Assembly: GCA_037379345.1 (NCBI GenBank)
Contig: CM074518.1
Coordinates: forward strand, 46,465,586-46,529,585
DNA from: Perna viridis
Taxonomy: Eukaryota
DNA length: 64,000 bases
Reading direction: 5' to 3'
The notes under the pieces were generated by a model. That model had not been told where the DNA came from. It searched no databases and was given only the letters and a program-made list of their open reading frames with translations. Made by a program: the position numbers and the translations under genes. Below are positions 35,801-47,300 of the stretch, in pieces; within the stretch, counting starts at the first letter, position 1; each line of letters begins with the position of its first letter.

Positions 35801-38088
35801 GTTTGATACTCCATTCATCTGCTTGGAATTTTTGCCAACCAAAAACATATCACTGGTAAGTTATGACATCATCAGGGACTGTCCTATACTCAACATGTTA
35901 TAGGTCACAAGTCAGCCAACTTAAGATTGATCTGATAATTCCTTATCAGGCAGCATGGCAGGTGTCTTGCAAGAAACAGGAATTGTTCAGCAGTGTTTTC
36001 ATTAGGAACAGGCTTGAGGCTAATTTGCATGCTTCAAATACCAATCTGCCAGTTCAAGTGACAAAAAAATACATGTCATCCTATTGAGAATTAATAGATA
36101 CGTTTTTATTTGATCTTTTAGGAGAAAAAATTGTAATAAACACTGCTGTTCACCCTTCCAGAGCACATGACTTCACCCTCACTTGTGGGTTTGACACTGC
36201 TTGCTCTGTATATTTTAATTTGTTATGTCTAGTAACTAGAAACTAAGTTTATCCATCACAAGTCTTCCCTAACCAGCTTTTGCCCATGGATTTGTTCACT
36301 TAAGTCTTCCCCTTTTTTATTGGCACTTCAGTAGTTTTGCTTTTCTCCGATGCCTTTTATATTTTTTTCTCTTTCAGCTTTGCTAGAGATATCTAAATTA
36401 CTGAATACAGGGCTTGATGCTGAACAACTAGCTGCATGTGTCAGACTTTGTGAAAGTGGAGTTAACCCCCAAGCTTTAGCATTAGTCATCCAAGAACTGA
36501 GAAGGGAAACTGCCAACATTAGGGTAAATCTGTCATGTTGGTTTCATTACGCCAAACTATAGCAGGCTATAAAGTCCAAAACAAAACTAGAAATTCTATT
36601 AATCTACAAATTCTTTTACTATATTATGCCCATTCACTGCTTAAGTTAATATTTTATAAAAATATCATGAGATCAACTTGTGGTGAATCAATAGTTGTGG
36701 TTACTGTGCAGTTGTTTCAGCATAATGAAATGTGAGTCTTGTCCAAAAGTTGAACATACTTTGTAAGGACTGTCCTTGGGGTGTGGCACCAGACAGCCAT
36801 TCACCCTTCATAAGAATGGCAAACATACATGTACATGTACATTTAGATTGAAACACTCAGATGGTTTATTTTTTGCCTTTCAAGGACACTACTTAGTAGT
36901 AGATGGATTGAAACAAAACTTAGCATGAATAAATGTTACATGTATGTAGAATAACTTAAACTACATGTGTATGCATGGGGAATTTTGATCATGCGAAAAA
37001 CATGGCAGTCATTACTAAAAATAGACTGTATGGGTCAAATTGGCAAATTTTGCACGTAACTCAAAAGCAGTTGGGTTTAGGTAAAATCTGGCAGGGTGTA
37101 AAATTGTTCAGCTTGATGAGATGGACTCATGCCGAAATTTTCATAAAGTCTCGTAAATGAGTGAATAAATTATGGGTCCTGAAATAGATTTTTTTTCTGA
37201 ATTTTACATTTCCGACTTAGAAAATCTTCTCTTCTGAAACAACTGAATGGATTGTAACAAACTTAGCATAAATGTTATGGAGAACATCTTTAACAATCTA
37301 TGCTAGGGGTTTCTTGATCTTGCAAAAAAAAAAAAACAAGGCTGTTGTTATTAAAAATAGACTATATGAGTCAAAATGCAGAATTATGCAAATAGATAAA
37401 AAACAATGGGGTTTAGCTAAAATCTGGCAAGGTGGTACTGGTAAATTTGTTCAACATGATGAGTTTGACCATTGCCAAAATTTTCAGAAAATCTGTATAC
37501 AGATAAACAAGTAATGAATTCTGATTTTTTTCATATTTTACATTTCCTACTTTAAAAATCTTCTCCTCTGAGACTACTAGTAGGATAGACTGTAACCAAA
37601 CATTGCAATATTTGATAGGATATCTTTAACAATCTGTGTGTGGAGATTTTTGATCTCTCAAAAACATGGTCACCATTATTAAAAACTGAGAATTTGTCAA
37701 AATAACCATAACCCAAAAACCAATGGGTTTAGCCAAGTTTTCAGGGGGTTTAATTGATCAACATGGTGAGACAGACTTACATGTATGCCAAAATTTTCAC
37801 ATAGATCTGTTGATTGATGTTGGAGTTATTGCTCTTGAAGAGTCCAAAAATGGCAATGAGAGATTTATTTTGTAATATGAAAACCTGGTGGATAACTAAG
37901 TAAGGTTAAGAGTCCAGCTTTAGATAGCTTAAAAGACTATTTTTGACCAGTTGAGTGATTCAGGTCTCTGGACTAGAGCCTCTAGTTGTTAGTTGCAATC
38001 CCCTTTAATCTGAAAACAAAAAAAAATCATTTCACTTGTACAACATCACTTAATATATATTCTCTTTATTTTTCAGAAGTCAAGCTGA
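32853..38088 (+). CDS. MZT1: Mitotic-spindle organizing protein 1 (MOZART1, gamma-TuRC subunit), about 69 aa
   Basis: Exons 32853-32904, 36378-36523 and 38077-38088 splice to [69 protein letters not shown], with the MOZART1 signature LLEIS.LLNTGLD...L..C..LCE.G.NP.AL..VI.ELR. An in-frame upstream ATG at 32835 is possible. Confidence 0.93.
33049..33509. mobile_element. MITE in MZT1 intron 1
   Basis: GGTACCTCGAAA..AAGCAGAAAGACAC ... GTGTCTTTCTGCTTTTCGAGGTACC with subterminal GAAAGACAC repeats. Confidence 0.75.
36850..37988 (+). repeat. Helentron-associated element with diverged internal satellite array (period about 334 bp)
   Basis: AAAATCTTCTC(T/C)TCTGA recurs at about 37221 and 37555. The element ends with a GTGATTCAGGTCTCTGG...AGAGCCTCTAGTT hairpin. 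A related array starts TTAGCTCACCTG at 38521 and runs to about 39080. Confidence 0.65.
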
Positions 38089-39366
38089 CAATACAGAACT
38101 GAAGATTAAACACATGATAGTTACGTTTTGTTGAAACAGTTCAGAAAACTAAAACACCAGTAATTAATTGAAATACAGTAGATAGACATGATGTAGATGA
38201 AAGTTGTGCAAATTTGGTCACTGTTGGAAAGTTGTAAAAATGTTAAATAAATGTTGCGGTATATATGTACATTGTACAATACATTATTTATACCTCTACT
38301 TAATCAGTGGATGGTATATTGGAATCACTTTGTCCATCCTTCCATCAGTCAAAATTTCCATCACAAAAATTAGCCAGTTTGCACTGGACTGGTGATTTCA
38401 AATTAAATATGTGGCTTTATATAGATGGGACATTCGTTGTAAGCTGTCTTAATACCAATTTCCTGTATAATTGATGGTATACCTAGAGTGACTACACATA
38501 CGTTTTCATGGTGTATTTGTTTAGCTCACCTGGCTAACTTTCTTTGTTATTTTGGGTATCGTGCACAAAGTTTGTGCTTTGAATTTTGATCTGTTGAAAA
38601 ACATAGCCACTGTTACTAAAAATAGATCATAGGGGTCAGACAGTAGTTTTTTCACATATATCTCCAAAACCATTAGGTTTAACCAAATTCTGACATGGCT
38701 AAAAGTGTTCAGCATGATGCGATCTATCTTTGGTCAAATTTTGGTGAAAATATGTTCATCCATGTTATTGCCCTTTTTGGATTGTTTTTGCTGATTTTGA
38801 CGTGACACTACTCACCAATTGGAACCAAACTTGGTATGAATGTTCCTTGGGGTACCCTGAATAGAACTGTTATAGGAATTTTTGATCCATGGAAAAACAT
38901 GGCAGCAGTTACTAAAAATAGAATATTGAGGTCAGACAGAAGTTTTTTGCATATATCTAAAAAAATGTTAGATTTTGTCACGTTTTGACATGGATAAAAG
39001 TGTTCAGCATGATGTGATCCATCTGTGGACAAATTTTCAATGTAATATGTTAAGCCATGTTGGAGTTATTGCCCTTTTTCAAGCCTTTTATTTTCTAAAT
39101 ATTGTATGTTGAGGTATTCCATATAAAGGTAAATTAAATATATTACTAAGTGAACTTTATAGTGTGCAGTTCGTATTTTTGACCTTACATTAAAGGGGGG
39201 TGGTTAATGTCTTATAAAATTAGTTTAACCCCACTGTGGACAGTTGATGTTGGTCATTATTGAGTCTTTGTGTCGTTATTTGAATTTTTTTGATGATTTT
39301 GAAGAAGTTTCACTGTTATGTTGCCGTGGATTTTATTACTTTCGTGGCCTTTCAAAGCTTACTTGA

Positions 39367-40166
39367 AAGAGTAATCAAGATTCCAGCAGAAATCAAAAGA
39401 TAGTAATCCAGGGAGAAAAAAGCCAGACATGGAAAATAGACAGGCACAACAAAGAACATAAAATAACCAAAATAATACGTACAAAGTACAGAAGTAAATG
39501 AGCAACTTGGATCCACTAACAACTATGAGCATGGACTTGGTGCACCGGTAGGGTAAGCGTCCTCTGCTTCTCAAGAAACATCCGCCGAGCTGCTCATAAA
39601 ATGTCAAGTCCAGGGTAGACCACGTTTGTTGTGGTTTGGTCAATAGTTTCTCTTACCATCGATTTATAAGTGTAGGTCAAGATATGAGGCTGACTTCACA
39701 GTGTCTGTAGTATCTTTTATCTCAAGTTCTTTGGGTAGATGCGATGTATCAAATCCCCGAAATTAGGATTGTTTAAAGATGATACTTCATCTATATAACG
39801 GAAACTGAGATTAAAGGATCTAGTTAAACCATATTCTTACTTTCGGATCAGATCAGCTATAAAGTCAGTCTCATACGTGTGAAGGAATAGGTCACCAAGT
39901 AGAGGAGCACAATTTATTCCCATTGGAATGCCGACCGTTTTTTTAAAGTCGTGTCCACCACACTGGACAAATATGTTGTCGATTAAAAATTTCAGCATTT
40001 TGTAAACATCATCTTCTGTATACTTGGAAGATGAAATGGAATTATTTCTTGCAAAGTATGCGGAATCTCTACCAAGAACTTTATATTTGTATCTAGGTGT
40101 ACCATCTTTTAAAAAAAAAACAACGATGTATTATGTTTTTAAGTCGGGATTTTAACTGAGTATGAA
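39367..40166 (-). mobile_element. Penelope-like retroelement fragment: decayed reverse transcriptase core plus 3' end
   Basis: Minus translation (with frameshifts) HTQLKSRLKNIIHRC...MLKFLIDNIFVQCGG..F..TVGIPMGINCAPLLGDLFLHTYE...FRYIDEVSSLNNPNFGDLIHRIYP.ELEIKDTTDTVKSASYLDLHL at about 40166-39650, followed by the family 3' tail at 39600-39367. Confidence 0.88.
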
Positions 40167-41608
40167 CCGCTTCACCTTTTTGTTTATGCATCATGTAGGC
40201 AACTTAAAGCCGACCAGAAGTTGGGACGGACGGACGAGTTAAAAAAAACATTAACGTGAAGATTATGCAACTATTCGGGAGCTTTCCGTGGAAAAAAAAT
40301 ATTAGAAAGTTTGGAACGTGTATTTGACAATAGTTAAATAGAAAGTATACGTGTTGAAACTCATTAACTCCTAAGTAACACGTGAAAGTAAACTCTGAAA
40401 ACGCAAAGAACAATTAAAATTCAAATATATATCTAAAATATGTTTTAAAGTTTTATACCGTTCTTCTTTGTAAGGGTTGCACACCAAAAGGTGAGTTCTT
40501 CCTAATTACTGTAATTACTTCAGCCGTAATTCGTGCATTTTATTTGGTTGTTGAATAAAAAGTTCATTTTGGACGTGTAAAAATAAATGGTAGCATGGTG
40601 ATACATTCTGTTTACTGTTGATGACTGGTTTGTTTGGGTAAATGCATTGGAAGGGACAACATGTACTGATAAGAGGTTAGACGTCAACTACTTGTTAAGT
40701 AGCAGTCTTAGTAAAAATCATGCAAATTCTGTAATATGTGGTACACATAAAAAAAGACTAAACATTTCTTTTGTTATTAAGTTGTTTTGTGGGACTTAAT
40801 AATGAAATGTATTATCAGTCATTCCAATTTGTCTGCTAATAGGAGATAATCCACTTTGAAGTTCAATAGATACTGCATACTTTAGTATCATTTACCGAGT
40901 TATCTCCCTTACTTTTGAATTCAACGTTACACACTATGTATTTATTTTTATCTCCTAAGAGCATGGGTTCTATGAAAAGCCACATTTTGATTTCTGTTTA
41001 CTATAACATTTTAAAAAATATATCAAATTAAGTTATGTAGGCTTTCCATCCATGAATCACATTTTGCATGATTCTTACCTAGAGTGCTACTTAATTGTAT
41101 CCCAGCTCCGAAGGAGCTTGCGTAACATTTCTTTTCCGCACTTCTCTCAGCAACTACTAGTGCTCGTCACAGCGGCTTGAAATTTTAACACATTTTCCTG
41201 TAATAATGCAGTGTTGTTGGACCTTTTTTACGCTAAACTTGGCAGGCTCAAATCTATGGATTAAAACCTATCTAAACCGAATGTATATTTTACTTTAATT
41301 TCCTATCTCAAAATGAAGGCAATTAAGACGTACTTAAATGAGAGAGACAAAGTCCATTCAAACTAGCGTGTAATAGTGATCATGCAATATTGACGTATTC
41401 AATGTATCCCATTCCAGGTCACCACTATAATTTCATCTGTACAGGTACACAATGTCTGTATTAACTAGAAGTCTCGACTAGCCGTTGAGCCACTGAAGGA
41501 GTTAACATGTACCAGAGTGTATTGAAGTTCAGTATACTTGATATCCGTACGTAAATTTCAACCGGCAAGTACAGTATTGACTTAATTTAAGGATATGTAA
41601 AGTGACTG

Positions 41609-42513
41609 ATGATGTCTGTTAAAACATTTGTTTTTATTTCTCTTTCAATGTTTTTGTTTTTGGTGTTTCTTTCACACTTTAAACCCCGATGTCTGGAATC
41701 GATACAATCACCCAACTGTGTGCTACGAACAGCACAAATGCGTTGGACTGAGACAGAAGTTGACAAAGAAAGTTGCGAGAAATTATTCCGAAGTCCTGCT
41801 ACACTGGTTTTAAGCAGAAGAGAAAATTGAATGTTTCAAACTGCATTTCTTCCTATGCGAAAGCTTACAGAAAAGGTAACAGATTTTGGAGAAACAAAAA
41901 TGGGGAAATACGGTGGCTCCATTACATTTATCTAAACATGGATAGTCTGGTACTCGATATTGGCGGAAACATTGGAATAGATGCCAGGAACATAGTTTCG
42001 AGATTTCATCCGAAACAATATTTGATCTTGGAACCAGTAAAAGATTTTTATGACAAATTAGTTAAAATGTTTATCAACAAAAGCAGTGTTGGCGTTTACA
42101 ACTTCGGAGCAGGGAAGACAAACGCGAAACTAAATGTCTCTAAAACAGGTAGAAATGGCGATGCAACTTCTATTTTTAAAAATATTAATAACAGGACAAA
42201 ATTGATACAAATTCAAATCCGAAGCGTAGAAGAAATATTCAAAAAGTTTAAATTTTCGTGTACAAAGCAGATAAACCTTTTAACTGTAAACTGTGAAGGC
42301 TGCGAGTTTGAAGTAATCGAAATATTACTAAAAACAAATTTACTATTTTTAGTTCATAATTTACAATTTGCGACGCATTCGACCTTGCCGAAACTCAAAA
42401 ACCCTGTACACCGCTACTGCAGAATACAAGAGTTATTATCTAGGACGCACAAGTTGATGTATCAGTATAAATTTGTATGGGAATCTTGGCGAAGGAAAGA
42501 CTTGACAACGTAG
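41609..42513 (+). CDS. FkbM-family (Methyltransf_21-like) SAM-dependent methyltransferase with N-terminal membrane anchor; frameshifted in this sequence (about 301 aa if repaired)
   Basis: ORF 41609-41830 gives the hydrophobic anchor KTFVFISLSMFLFLVFLSHF. The -1 frame, open 41764-42513, gives SAM motif VLDIGGNIG, LILEPV, YNFGAG, INLLTVNCEGCEFEVIE, NLQFATH and YKFVWESW. No introns in the coding region. Possible 5' UTR intron from AAG|GTGAGT (40491) to an AG at 41417 or 41444. Confidence 0.8.
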
Positions 42514-42678
42514 TGATTATATATTATGCATATCTAGAAATACTATGTACACTTGTCAATTTATGTGGACTTCCAAGCCTATTATAGGTCATTATATTAT
42601 TAAGCTCATGACGTTCTGGGATTTATAGAACAATTTATTTAATGAAAACCAGAAGCGCGGTTTTTATCTACTCTTTTA

Positions 42679-43082
42679 TCTAGGCTTCTGGAACAGGGTT
42701 ATGTTGCTACAAGATTGAAGTCATCACTACAGAAGTTTTATGGTCGTCATCATGAACTCGTGGATCGTTATGGTGTATCCACCAGCACCAAGAAAACATG
42801 TATTCAACGGGTCATAGTTTTCCTTTCCTCGTTTGTCTACCCCGGACTTGACTTTTTATGAGCAACTCGGCGGGTGTTTCTAGAAAAGCAGAGGACGCTT
42901 ATCCTACCGGTGCACCTGGTCCATGCTCCGTTTTTAGTGGAGTCCGAGTAGCTCATTTACTTTTGCTACTTTGTATGTATGATTTTAGTTACTTTATGTT
43001 CTTTGTTGTGAATGTCTGGTCTTTGTCCCTGAATTACATTCTTTTGATTACCGCTATAACCTTGGTTCCCTTGATTACTCTT
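42679..43082 (+). mobile_element. Penelope-like retroelement 3' fragment (RT C-terminus plus tail)
   Basis: Encodes RLLEQGYVATRLKSSLQKFYGRHHELVDRYGVS, the thumb end of a PLE RT. No GIY-YIG domain follows, consistent with the N-terminal-endonuclease (Naiad-type) clade. The conserved tail follows. Confidence 0.85.
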
Positions 43083-44350
43083 CCACGAAGACAAGTCGAA
43101 AGCCATTGTTTTTAAATTTATTTATAGTAAAACACATTCTTTTTCGCTTGCATGGTTCTGGACAAGTGTTTTTGTTATGACGTAGCCTACAATTATAGTA
43201 TTGTTCCTTTGACATTATCGGTGTTTTTTTGTTTTTTTTTTTTAACTTTCTACGTATTAATTCTGATGCTGTGACTGAGAATTTACTCCCTGTATTACGT
43301 GTAGTACAGTATACGGGAATTTGCAATCTTTACATGATTGGTATTTTTAAATTATACAAGTGACATGAAATTGAGTGATTCCACAATTTCTTCTTTAACT
43401 CAAATTTCTACCTATCAGATCGATTCGAGGAAGTTTCTCAACTTGAGATTTTATCTTATGAAACCAGGCCATTACGATCTCGATGAAGTTTTTGGAAGGC
43501 TCCTATCTATATATATATCTCAAACAAATGGTTTCCGGGCGGGTGCAAATGGCTTGTATTCTCCTGTTTGACGGTACATGTATTCCTTTATAATGTTTAA
43601 AGCAAAACATTTGAAGTTCGTGCCAAACCTAAAATCGTTTGGAAAATTTTTGTGCATTTCCTCCCGTATGCCGAATCGCATAGTCGGTGTCTGGTATAAT
43701 ACATGTCACGTAGTTAAATCAAAACCAACAAAGATCGATATATTTTTTTTATTTCATATACATGTACCTATACATGTTAACATACAATATCACAAACCAG
43801 ACCACATGGTCAATATAACTACCCTTAAAACAAAATAGGGAGATATTGTTCACAATAAGTTAACATTCTCTCAGATGGAATGAACAATTATGACTTAGAC
43901 AGAAACGAAAAAATGGGATAAAAATAGAAATGGCCGGGTTGCCGTAATAGGAAGTAGAAGTGTGACAGATATAAAACCGCATTCCATGATATGGGACCCC
44001 ATACTGAAGTTGCCTAGTAACTATCCAGGGGCTGTGATTTATAGTTGCTGAGAAAAATCCCCCCGTTCGACCGACATTCACCATTTTATAAGCGGATTTA
44101 CACCACTGCAACCCGACCAAAAATGTTGTATAGTTTAGAGACCTGGTACATGTACACATCATGGGTTTTGCATGCTGAATGATTATTCATTTTAAATATA
44201 TATATATATATATTGGAATTTGAAACGAAAACGAAACTAATTGATCCTTATCCCATAGCAACAAAAATCGAATGGGTAATCCTATTACTGTTTTTTATAG
44301 TATCAATAACTGCGCTCTTAACCCTTTCATCCGGTAACGTTGGTAGAATT

Positions 44351-47300
44351 TTACCAGTAAGCGGAAGTTGGTCTTGCTCCATAATACATGCTTTTGTAAG
44401 TTCTTTGTCTCCTCTTTAATTCCTCTTTCAAAGCTTCGTATTCTTTGACCGTGTATTGATGAGCTGATTTTGGCTGAAGAATAGAACAAAATAAGGAATA
44501 TGATTGATTGACAGAAATAAAACTCTCTATGTGAGGCCGATAAGAGTAATCAAGGGAACCATTCAAAAGAATATATTCCAAGGATAAATACTAGACAGGG
44601 AAAATAGAGTCTGACATACATAACAAAGAAAACGAAATTACAAACTGATACACGTACAAGGAAACAAGAGTAATTGAGCAATGAACTTTACTAAAAACTG
44701 GGAGCATGGACCAGGTACATCCATGTACTAGTATTAGAAAACTGATTCAGACCATAAATGTATATTTACCAAATGTGTATTTTAAATACGTCCAAGGGAT
44801 ATCCAAAAGTCTGCCCAAAAGTTGAAATACCAAAATATTAGATAAGTAAGGAAAACAAAATTGACAAAACCATCAAGTCATACAAATCAAAGGGAAACGC
44901 ATACAGATTCATATGCACTAAAAATCGGTGTGAACTATGATGATACAGAAGGATGATTAGTTCCCGCGTCTTGCAAGAAACCAGGCGTATAGCTCGAGAT
45001 ATTTTTATATAAGATTTTCCTTGGTAAAATTTTTTCGAAATTTCTTCTCATATTTCATTTTCATTCTATTCGTGTCGTTCTTTTGGGAATCTGATTTGAG
45101 CCCCCTCCTTTTCCCAAAATAGGTTCTCCCTTACCCGTTTCCGGTTAACATATAATGGTGTTGTGACGGTAGATCTATAAGAGGACGCTGGTCTTTCTTT
45201 TTTCTGTTTTTGGTCCGTCATTGTTTCGGCACAACAAACTGGAATAGAATAATAGTATCGTAATAAATGCAAAGAACTTTATAGAATGCAGAGCAATACT
45301 CATATTTCGAAGACATTGATCACAAAACCGCAACACATATATTTAAAATACAATGAGGTATTGAAAAATAATGAAGTATTACAATTTTATTAATTTTGTA
45401 ACATAAGCTGCTATATATAAATTATAAATAAACACGAAAATTTAGAAAGCAAATAAACAATTTATTTCTAAAACCTGACGTATACGAAAATTAAAAAAAA
45501 ATATGGAACATACGCCACTGTGAAGAATAGTTTAAAATACCACACAAGTCAAATCACAAATCACAAATCACAAAAACATATAAATTCATGTACAAGAAAT
45601 ACACGAACCTCTTTATTCGGCACATGCGTAATTAAAAAAAAATTAACCTACTTGGATAATTTTTTTCTGAAGTAAATCAATGAAAATCCCACAAAAAGCC
45701 AATTAGTTATCCAGTAAAATATATACACAACTTAAACATTGATCAGGAATCGAAATTACATAAACAAACATACACAATTAACCTGGAATTAAATATATTA
45801 GTCCCAGACACAGAGAAAAAAAGAACACAGAGAACCATGTCTAAACCGAACTATAAATAAGCCGGGGTGGGACGTATTACCAGAATGAGTATAAAAGGAA
45901 ACCAGATTATGACATATTTAATGAATGAAAATGACTAATTGTCAAGTTCAATACAATATTTAGCATGTTACGATAGACTTTTTTTCTTTGAAAAGTGGGG
46001 GGCGTAAACCCATTTCGTCTTCACCTGAACCCGCCCCTGATAACCTGTATAAATCGATCAGACATGTTTTGAAGCCACCTCATATTAATTTTCATTACAA
46101 GTATTTTGCACCTGGGTAAACTGACTACCTGTCTAAATCGCACAGTCTCGGTTTTGACAGGTTAACAGTAACCAGGTTAAGATAAATGTATTTCAATTTG
46201 AAATGTCAAGATTTATGAATTGAATCTGCTTTTTGTCAGGGTATTATACTACAGTCTCTCTGTCCATGTAAATGCGAAGATACCAATTTTGTTTATATGG
46301 GATGCGCAGTACCAGAACTTAACAACACACACAAACAAATGTACTTTTTAATATGGGACACGCAGTACCAGAACTTAACAACACATCCAAAAAATGTACT
46401 TTTTTTCATATGGGACACGCAGTACCAGAACTTAACAACACACCCAAACAAATGTACTTTATTCTATGGGACACGCAGTACCAGAACTTAACAACACACC
46501 CAAACAAATGTACTTTATTCTATGGGACACGCAGTACCAGAACTTGACAACACATCCAAACAAATGTAAATACTTAAGAACACTTATCAAAATTTAAAGA
46601 TGTTTGCTGCTCTAATAACGAGAATTTCATGGGGTTGTGAAATCGTTTAAGATCTTTCATGCTAGGAAAACGTGGGAAGAAAAAAATGATGGGTCAGTGT
46701 GCTTGTTTCGGAAATATAAGCATTAAAAATTTAAGGGAAAAAGATTTCTCTTGATTTTGCACGTGTTTTGTCTTAGTATGTTTTATATGTTAAAACACCG
46801 AAGAAATAACAGGGATTTCATAAAAACTACCCAAATAACATTTTAAAGTGTGTTTAATGAAATTTTTAGAAGAAAAAAGGGGGTCACTTAATTAGCAAAA
46901 AATATTAATGCTATGAAATGGATAAAACCAGAGTAGTCCGAAATCTGATTACGAGCAGCGAAAATCCTTAACTTTAATATCTGACATTTTTATTAATTGA
47001 AGCTTTATGTCAGAGTATTACACAGAAAACAATCAACAAGTTGAAACAAACGCGTAAAAATACTAGCTAAAGCTATTAAAATAAAATACTGAAGCGTATA
47101 TACTTGCAGCATACAGCACCAGAACTGAGGAAGGAAGTACATGTACATATAGGTTCAGTTTATACACCGCAAAATATACATTTCATAAATATATATGTAT
47201 ACATGTAGTAAGAGAATATTTGATGCAATGCCCAGCTATAGTGTGTAATATAATACATGTAGCAGCATACAGTGCAATAAGATGCTGAAAAAGATTGGTA

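Noticed and set aside
41609-42513. Bacterial contamination
   Set aside because: It is contiguous with host-type repeats on both sides, matches host AT content, and has a eukaryotic-type anchor and a plausible spliced 5' UTR. Ancient transfer remains open.
42858-43115. ORFs 42858-43115, 39359-39643 and 9178-9393 as membrane-protein genes
   Set aside because: They are translations of the non-coding T-rich tail of the Penelope-like repeat.
46297-46568. CRISPR-like array
   Set aside because: Units are fully repeated with no unique spacers, there are no cas genes, and the context is eukaryotic.
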